Of a stretch of 64,000 bases of DNA, positions 55,940 through 64,000 are shown piece by piece. A model generated the notes under the pieces. That model had not been told where the DNA came from. It searched no databases and was given only the letters and a program-made list of their open reading frames with translations. How positions within the stretch are numbered: position 1 is the stretch's first letter; every line of letters begins with the position of its first letter. The stretch spans positions 1 to 64,000 of the forward strand of contig ADNK01003277.1 of the NCBI GenBank assembly GCA_000320545.1, in the 5' to 3' direction. A program made the position numbers and the translations under genes. This DNA comes from Bigelowiella natans CCMP2755. Taxonomy: Eukaryota; Protista; Cercozoa.

Positions 55940-58012
55940 AGGTTTTTATTGCTGGTTTGTATGTGTGTGTGTGTGTGTGTGTGAAATTGCATCGTGTACT
56001 GCATGATTTAGGTATTCTTATAAACGAGCGGAAACTATCAAGGATCAACTAGTATGTGATACAATGATTGTATTATGATACTGAAATGATGATACTGAAG
56101 TATAATTCAAAAGAAGGTGTAGAAGGGAAAAAAAAGAAAAACAAAAAAATGAGAGGAATCGAGGAGAGAAGATTACTATTCTTATATGATGCTGAAATAA
56201 ATACATATACTTCTGCTTACGGGTGTTACCTTTTAGGTATACCATGCAGGAGTGCTGGTTGAGTGGGATCATCGACAGTGAGATGATTATAATTTGTAGA
56301 TAATTGATACAAGAAGGATAAAAAGAGTCAGAGTTGGGGAACATACACCACATAGATGCTACATTATTGCCATTATTATGCCAATCTTACTAATGACGTC
56401 TTTACGGCATAATAGTTCTATTTTGTAACAAATTTTTAACATAATAGATATTGTACGGTTTTTGAATTGGGCTTTCTCAATGGAGTCTCCGGATATGGAG
56501 GAAAGTCAGTTGTATCAGTAGTATTGCTGCAAATAGTAGCAGTAGTGGTGTAATGCATTAGTATTTTTTTCTACGGCCCTCGTATCTTCTATCAGCATTA
56601 ATAATAAACAACAATAAAATACACGTATTGCACACATGAAACCTCATACACTAATACATATGGGCACATAAAGTATGATATCTCAATCATAAAGTAAGTA
56701 GTGCATGACTATTTGCACCATCACTGTTAATAGGTCGAATTGGGTGGTAGATAAAAATGCCAAACCACCTGGGCTGTACCGGGCGATGCCAGGATGTAAG
56801 GATTCCTGGGATTTAATGAAAGAACTATAGTAGCAGTTGCATAAAATTATTCTTTTCCTATTAATGTAAGCATTTTGTAGAAGTGAAGGAAGAGAAGAGG
56901 AAATTAAAGAGTATTAGACAGAAGAAGAATCAAGACTGACGGACGTTGTATCCGACTCATATTTACTACTGATATTGTGAGTCTACTTGATCAAATTTTT
57001 GTGTACTACTCTGCTCTATATATCTTGGTTTCAATGTTGCAAAAATAGGCATGAAAACACCTTGGTTAACTGACAGGTAACTGAGGTTCATGGTTCTAGC
57101 AGCAGTACATATGTTTTCCTTCTAATAAAAAATGGATATAAATAGTGCTACACTATTTCAAAATTAGTCTTAGTCGTTATCATTGGCAGGGCGGAAGTCA
57201 GAGCTGTAGATCTACCAGTGAAGTCCAAAGAAGAGTTCGAAAACTATCTTAGAAAGGTATGCACATTACAGGACGAGAAAGAAGGGGAAATAAATGAACA
57301 TACCAATACAAACGCATATGCATATGCACATCTCTAAATTATCTGCTAAATCATTTTCCCCCCAGTATTCTGGTCGTGGTCTTCGTTTTATTGATCCGCA
57401 GGTGGGTATCATAAGCTGGCTTAGAATGCCAAAGTACGCATCCTTGAGAAATTAGCTTTTGCTTTCAACATAAATTCAGATATCCGAATCCGCGAAGGTA
57501 CGCTTGACTCATAGGAAGCAATCGGACATAATGCGATATATTCTCAACTATATACTTTGCGACGGCAAGGTGATTTGATAGTATAATTTAAACGATCAAA
57601 TGTTATTAAAAACGGTAGCTCCTGCTAAAAGATAGTATAACAGTTTTTCGTATTTCCAATCATATTGGCATCTTTCTCTCCCTCCATCTCTCTCTTTTCC
57701 TATTTCCTCTCAAACATACATGTGCATGTGGCTTGTAGATGATTCTTGCATAATTTGCAAAAATATACTTATTAATTGTCACAATATCTTCAGTATGATG
57801 AGAACTTCAGAAACTGCCAAGTAAGTACTGTCATTAGAGAAATTATGACATATTAAATTACCTAATTAATGTTGAATTAACAGGATTTTGCTGCTGATTT
57901 TTTCGGATTTCTCGCTGGACTTCCTCCTGATAAATGCAAGCCATTCCACGCACTGTGCCGATTGACTTACAAGCACAAGAAATATAATTTTCTATATGAT
58001 CCAGATATTTGA
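49490..58012 (+). CDS. Uncharacterised protein: EF-hand pair plus C-terminal permuted papain-like (PPPDE/LRAT-type) domain; may be two genes
   Basis: IFELLDPNKSGFLEPG|E and IDIDGDEK|VSLEELSQFF EF loops; later VYHAGVLVEWDH, YCTVFELGFLNGVSGYGGK|SNW, YDENFRNCQ|DFAADFFGFL...FLYDPDI*. Confidence 0.65.
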
Positions 58013-58179
58013 GTTCAATAAACACGTAGCATCCCATGGCATTGTCATACTTAAATTGCGGCTGCTGCATTTTATTTGCCGATGATGGATTTCAACCAAA
58101 TATTCTTGTCTGTCATATACACAGGACTAACTTCTCTCGCATTCGCATGAATGTCCAGCACTGTAGGCAAAATAACAGT

Positions 58180-58970
58180 GTGAAATTATGTCGAACAAGT
58201 GCGCTAACAACAATGTAGGTACGTCACGCCTTGCCAAATAACCTAGGTTAGGATCATCTGCGCATGCATGATAACCACGACGGGCGTCCTGCTAACGTAG
58301 CGCAACTAGCCCAGCTACAGCATGTGCATCGCGCGCTCGATGACATGCGAGAGCGGAGACCTTTGTATCCGGCTAGCGAAGACTGCTACTAAATCACACT
58401 AGCACATGACTAATAGCTGTTGCACACGCATAGCGCATGCAACGTGCAAGGACTGAACCTCATTAGCTTCCATGAAAATGTGATTCGATGGCGCATCGCA
58501 GCAGTGCCAGCTCTTAGCGTCATGTTGCGCATGCATGAGTTTGACGTCATGTTGCCAGAGCAGCGAGCGCGGTCAGGCCGTGCTTCGCGGCACGCAGCGA
58601 AACATCTGAGATGAGATCGCATGCTAACGTTCTAGCGTTGTGCTACAGCTGCTGCAATTATATATGTAGTGCACATGCATTTGCACAATGAACATGCGAG
58701 CAACAGCTCCAGGCTGGCGACCTACCTTGGCAAAGACTATTGCCAGCAGCAAGTGTACAATGGTGCACTCATGATCTAGCAGAATGTGTGAGAGCCCAAC
58801 AGTTGCATGCAATGCCTTGTGCCTTGTAATCATAGTCACACCTTAACAAATAAGCGCGTACGTTGCATTAGTAAGTGAGCACCGCATCGTATGCCAATGT
58901 AGACAGATAGATGTGAAGGCAACTCAGTTTTCACAACTCCGCACCATTGTTTATGATGGCATGTCATGTG
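58180..58970. other. Palindrome-rich island 7 at convergent junction
   Basis: e.g. tgcgcatgcatg, gtgcacatgcat. Confidence 0.7.
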
Positions 58971-59126
58971 ACTAATCACAGCTTAATCACTTTAATAATT
59001 TGTTTTAAAACCATTTAACAAATGAATAAAAACTATATCTGCCTCATATCTTGGTACACTCGTCAAGAAACTGTACTGAGCATTTTTGTAGACTATTACA
59101 ACTACGATTTACGCACATCTACACAG

Positions 59127-60647
59127 TTATATTGATTTATTTGTACTCTGGGTTCCAAAAAGAGCTCTACGAATTGAAGTGAGGAAGTTCCATTTGTGCT
59201 GCTCCTTAGTTGGAGTTGCCAACGAGACACCACCACATCTTCTATGTTGATCTCTTTTCGCTTTTTCAGTTCTAATAGGTAGAGCCTCAGCAACGAGAGA
59301 CTTCACAGCCTCATTGATGAATTCGAGGGTTAACGTTGGACGATCGGCATTACCTCTTGATGCAGCAGCAAGAACTGTCGATGGAGTCATCACCTTAGAC
59401 TCTAGTCCACTGAGCACGTCGAGGACATTCTTAAGACGACCATCATACCTCTTTACAACCCCCCCACTTAACACTCGTCCTGTAGTATCAGGAACATGAG
59501 AAAATCTTTGTAATGTTGTCCATGCATAGTCTATTAGAGCGTCATAAGCATCATCCTCTGAAGTTGTATTATGGGCACTTTTAAGGGTGTCTATGTGGAA
59601 TTCTTTTGAGATAATGTAACATCTAGCCACCAGCCAGGCCCAAACTATTCTCTGCGTCTCTGCATTGGCTTGAGCGTAGTCGAGAAGTTTGAATGATCCA
59701 GGAAGATCCATGCTTTCAAAAGACATTCTATGCTCTTTAGAAAATCTTAGTAGAGTGAGAAATGCTAAGGTGGTGTGGGTTCCATTGACGAGAAGAATTT
59801 TTCTTCGAGCATAGTATTCCGCCTGATCAGCGGTGCTGGTTGTGACGATTGTGGGTCCTCCGAAAGGGAGAACATCCATCGCAGCATTAGATTCTTCAGA
59901 TTCAAAATCAGAAGTAAATGTTTCGGTGTCAGAGGCGAGAAGAGGATTCCTCCGGCTGTCGCTCTCTTCCGATTCTGTCGTCGTCTCGATGGTAGACGCA
60001 CGATCTATCCTTGTAACGGGAGTTTCAACCTCTTCTTTCCCTAACAAAGGCGGGAGGACTACAATCTGGCCCTTCCACGGCTCCGCCTTGATTTCTATGT
60101 TTCCATCACGGTTAATGATACGCTGAGAACATATTCTGTCCACCATGCAAGGAAGCACTGTGACACGGCCATCGAGCTCACGAGCCAGATTTTCAACAGC
60201 GGCGTGATCATTCTCGCAAGCATACAGTTTAGGGGGGTTATTTCGCTTCGGTAAACGCCCAAGAATTACTTTAATCCCATCAAGCCCTTTGTTCAAACTG
60301 CATGAAAATGATGTTGCCCGGCGTACAACTTCAAGCAAGGCTTTGCCAGTACTCGCAATGAAGAACGGACCTTCCCCTGTTTTCGCCTTCCCAATTTCTT
60401 TTCCGTGCAGAAAGCGCATATCTCTTCCTACGGTTTCGCCATTTACTTTAACCCTAATTCTCTTTACATCGTGTTTTATTAGATCCTGCCAAGATGAAGA
60501 CGGGCGCTGTACAATTGCATAGTCTATACAATTTGAAGCTTCGATTGCCTCCAAGAGCAATCCAAGTCCAAGTTTACCAGCTCCAAAGTGAAGATGGAGA
60601 GAATGGAGATGTGTAGACGATGTAGAAACTTCAAAACGCGGCATCAT
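59127..60647 (-). CDS. Mannitol-1-phosphate 5-dehydrogenase-like (long-chain polyol dehydrogenase), intronless
   Basis: LHFGAGKLGLG Rossmann motif, YACEND, CMVDRI, RRKILLVNGTHT (catalytic K...N..H). First in-frame ATG at 60647; frame stays open to 60812. Confidence 0.82.
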   Translation of the reverse strand: MMPRFEVSTSSTHLHSLHLHFGAGKLGLGLLLEAIEASNCIDYAIVQRPSSSWQDLIKHDVKRIRVKVNGETVGRDMRFLHGKEIGKAKTGEGPFFIASTGKALLEVVRRATSFSCSLNKGLDGIKVILGRLPKRNNPPKLYACENDHAAVENLARELDGRVTVLPCMVDRICSQRIINRDGNIEIKAEPWKGQIVVLPPLLGKEEVETPVTRIDRASTIETTTESEESDSRRNPLLASDTETFTSDFESEESNAAMDVLPFGGPTIVTTSTADQAEYYARRKILLVNGTHTTLAFLTLLRFSKEHRMSFESMDLPGSFKLLDYAQANAETQRIVWAWLVARCYIISKEFHIDTLKSAHNTTSEDDAYDALIDYAWTTLQRFSHVPDTTGRVLSGGVVKRYDGRLKNVLDVLSGLESKVMTPSTVLAAASRGNADRPTLTLEFINEAVKSLVAEALPIRTEKAKRDQHRRCGGVSLATPTKEQHKWNFLTSIRRALFGTQSTNKSI

Positions 60648-60889
60648 AGGTGTGACTTTGATTGGATTTCTTACAGAGGGGAGAGGACGCGTTTGGTTTT
60701 TGATCGGAAATTCTTTCCCTCGGTTTTCATGAGTGGAGTACAGTAAGTCAGTGTCCGACCCAATATTTCTGCGAAAAGTAATATAATATGTGTTATTTAT
60801 TGGGAGCGACAACTGTAATTTGTTGACTTAGGGGGGAAAACTCATTGTGTTTTATTTTCGGAGAGAAGAAATTCGTGGTGATTCAAAAT

Positions 60890-61195
60890 CTGTCACGTGA
60901 GGAAGATTCCAAATCGCGTGACCCGTTCAGCCCGTTCAAAAGAATTTTTGGATAAAATTACCTAATTCACTCCAAGTCACATGACGTGCACAGCAGCATT
61001 GTCCTGCAAAAGATGTTGCTTGTACAATATGAAATTTCGCACTATTTCTATGTCGCAGTGTTAAAAAATAATCGTTTTTGTGAGATAATAACTCCGGCAC
61101 GTGATTTGCAACGGATATTGCTGCGACAATGATATTTTGGCCTTTGTGGAATGAATTCACGTGTGATACAGTAGTAGATCTAGATCTAGATCTAC
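60890..61195. promoter_or_regulatory. Cluster of E-box/G-box motifs in a bidirectional promoter
   Basis: CACGTG at 60894, 61098 and 61158; GTCACATGAC at 60976; (AGATCT)x3 near 61176. Confidence 0.45.
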
Positions 61196-61680
61196 AAGTA
61201 GATTGTACGAGCGTAGATCTACGAGCTTCACAGGAGGAATTTATTTGAAGATTTCACATGATACAGGCCTATTGTATTTATTGCGAGAGACATAGGATCA
61301 GGCAGGTCCTCAATTTAAAAACCCCTCTGTTTTCCTTTGATGAAGAGAGAGAAATAAAGGAGGGACTACGAGCTTCGCCCTTCATCAGAAAGTTTGAATA
61401 AATCACATCAAGCACATAAAAGAGGAGGAGGAGCACATCATTATTCGGGTCATCCGCCACTTCACCTAGATAACTGCGTTCCTTGAGAAGAATTTTACCC
61501 GACAACCACCTCTCTACGCGCGCACGTTCTTTTCTTTCTGTCTCTCTGCTACAGTCCCTCTTCCAGAAATTGGTAAACGCTTAGACTATTACAATCGCTA
61601 AGGATAGGTAACTAGTTGATAATGTGACTGATTGCTGGTTATATGCTTACTTTTGTACTGCTATCATACTCAGGTAGATC

Positions 61681-62613
61681 ATGGAAACCGCCACACCAGA
61701 GAGTGCTAAAGCTCTAATTTACCGCACTGTGGTATTCTGCTCAATGACTAGTATGCTTCTCGGGTTGTGAGATTTATATTATAGGTGTTACGATAGGTTT
61801 CATGAGTGGGTGTGTATTTTTTCGTTGTTGAAGGTATGATGTCGGAATTATGGCGGGAGCGTTGCCAAATATGGTTGAAGATTTACAATTGTCCACCACC
61901 GAGGAAGAAGTCATCGCAGGTTGTATCGAAAAATAACAACAAGTCAATAAAAGCACAAGTGCAATATATACAACAAATCTATTGTTGAAATTAGGGAGTC
62001 TGAATATTGTCGCGGGGCTGTGTGCTGTCCTTGCCGGGTATTACTTCTACTACTACTACTACTGCTACTACTACTGCCACTCGATGAGAATATGTATTAA
62101 AAAAAAATTCAGCTTAAGTACTACTTTCACGGTTCTAGTGCCTTCTTTCTAATGGCTACTGCAGCGCATGAACTCCTACTACTGCTAATCGATAATTTGG
62201 TGTGCTGATTGATTTTTATATTGATCAGTTACACTGCGGACAAACTCGGAAGAAAAAAAGCTCTTGGAATTGCGTGCATAGTTTTTGCGCTCGGGGCGGG
62301 TGTGATGACAGCTGCGACGAACTTCGCTATACTATTTATCGGACGTATCATCACTGGTGTCGGCGTTGGTTTTGGGTATTAGTACTTTATATCATCGTTA
62401 CATTTAAATTGTATCAATACTGATGATCACAGCGTCATCATCATCCACTATCGGTTGTTTGCTTTCCCTGACAGTGATCATCATCCAATCATCATCCACT
62501 ATCGGTTGTTTGCTTTCCCTGACATAATACCAGGAGAGAAAATAGAGTAGTTGTTCATGAGATTATATACTTAATTCATCTGAGATTAGTACATATTACA
62601 TATGCATATATAA

Positions 62614-62684
<71 letters not shown>

Positions 62685-63729
62685 TGTTTAGGTTGGTTAT
62701 TGCCCCTCTGTATTTGAGCGAAGTGGTACCTCCAGAAAAACGAGGCTTCCTGGTACTACTAGTTGTACATATATTACTGCATCTGCTACAACAGCAACAA
62801 CAACTACTACTACTACTACTACTACTACTACCACATTATCACTACAGCCTCCTCCTTAATCTTATAATATACACTGTGCAAGTATAATCTTACTCTACAA
62901 CAACAACAACAAGAACAGCTGCCCTGTGCTTATTCTGACTAATATAGGTTGATATCTGAATACTCTTATGAAAAGTTTGAACACGTTGCAGGTCTGCCTA
63001 TTTGATGTTATCCTGAATGTTGGAATTCTGGAAGGGTATATCGTTGGGTATGCCGTACAGGTGATGATGATCAACGTTTGATCAGTAATAATAATAACGT
63101 TTGATCAGTAATAATAATAGTTTTGATGATGACGTAATGGATGACGCAATGGAACTTAAATAGTATTAGCAGAATGGCTGATTACACTTCTTCTTTTTAT
63201 GACCTAATCATCCATCACAGGTGTCCATTAATGGTGCTGGAACTCGATGGAGATTGATGATTGCTATTGCCATTGTACGGGCAAATCATAAAATACACAA
63301 AGAAGCTGATGATGATGATGATGATGATGATGATTATTGTGTTCATAATAAATCCAACTAATGTAGATATTTACTTTTAAGGAAAAAATATTGCAATCGT
63401 TGCTATAGGTGTTGATACTCTCAAATGAATTATTCAATTAGACAAATAAGTCTTTTTTTTCTGCGCGTTACTACCCCTCATCGTTTCTTTATTTTCTACG
63501 TTGTTCTATAAATAGTATTAACTGTACATTCATCTCCATATTTTTAGCTTCCTCCCCTTATGATTATTGCTGGGCTTTTTTCTCTGGCCGAATCTCCTCG
63601 ATGGTTGATGCAAGTTGGCAGGTATGATGATGAACAGCAGGAATTATGATGAGAATGATGCAAAGATTCATGCTTGAGAGAAGAAGAAGAAGAAGAAGAA
63701 GAAGAAGAAGAAGAAGAAGAAGAAGAAGG

Positions 63730-63781
<52 letters not shown>

Positions 63782-64000
63782 AAAGGCTGGCGACGGACCC
63801 ATGATAAACAACATTTTTTAGATAGTGTTTGGAAGCTTAATGACAAATATTTTCCATTGTTCTTTTTTTTCTTGTTTAACATCTAGGGAAAGTGAAGCAT
63901 TAGTTGTTATGAGTAAGATGATACCAGATCCGGTAGTAGTAGTAGTCAATAAGATGATATGTGTTTCTTTATTGATACTTATGTGTATCAAAGGAATATA
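61681..64000 (+). CDS. MFS sugar porter, polyol-transporter-like (runs off window)
   Basis: SMTSMLLG|YDVGIMAGA, GSLN, ADKLGRKK, GRIITGVGVGFG|LVIAPLYLSEVVPPEKRGFL, NVGILEGY, WRLM, ESPRWL. Confidence 0.9.

Noticed and set aside
13381-56004. Many short ORFs with poly-S/T/I/M, HTHT, YIYI or RERE runs
   Set aside because: Translations of intronic microsatellites or antisense shadows of real exons.

Overview
Eukaryotic, intron-rich nuclear DNA with microsatellite-laden GT-AG introns. A bipartite signal+transit leader on PNPase points to an alga with a secondary plastid (chlorarachniophyte-like; inference). The window opens with a near-intact Ty1/copia retrotransposon (minus strand) flanked by heat-shock-element-like arrays and lacking a recognisable 5' LTR. 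Then follow about 14 genes in strictly alternating orientation: V-ATPase G(-)/hypothetical(+), acylated low-complexity protein(-)/LamG protein(+), AlaX(-)/DDX6(+), APE2(-)/MED7(+), PNPase(-)/hypothetical(+), hypothetical(-)/EF-hand + permuted papain-fold protein(+), mannitol-1-phosphate dehydrogenase-like(-)/polyol transporter(+, truncated). Every head-to-head pair is separated from the next by a 0.5-1.3 kb island rich in TGCA/CATG/CTAG/AGCT palindromes, lying exactly at the convergent 3' ends. Exon assemblies were made by eye, and boundaries of the hypothetical genes are approximate.
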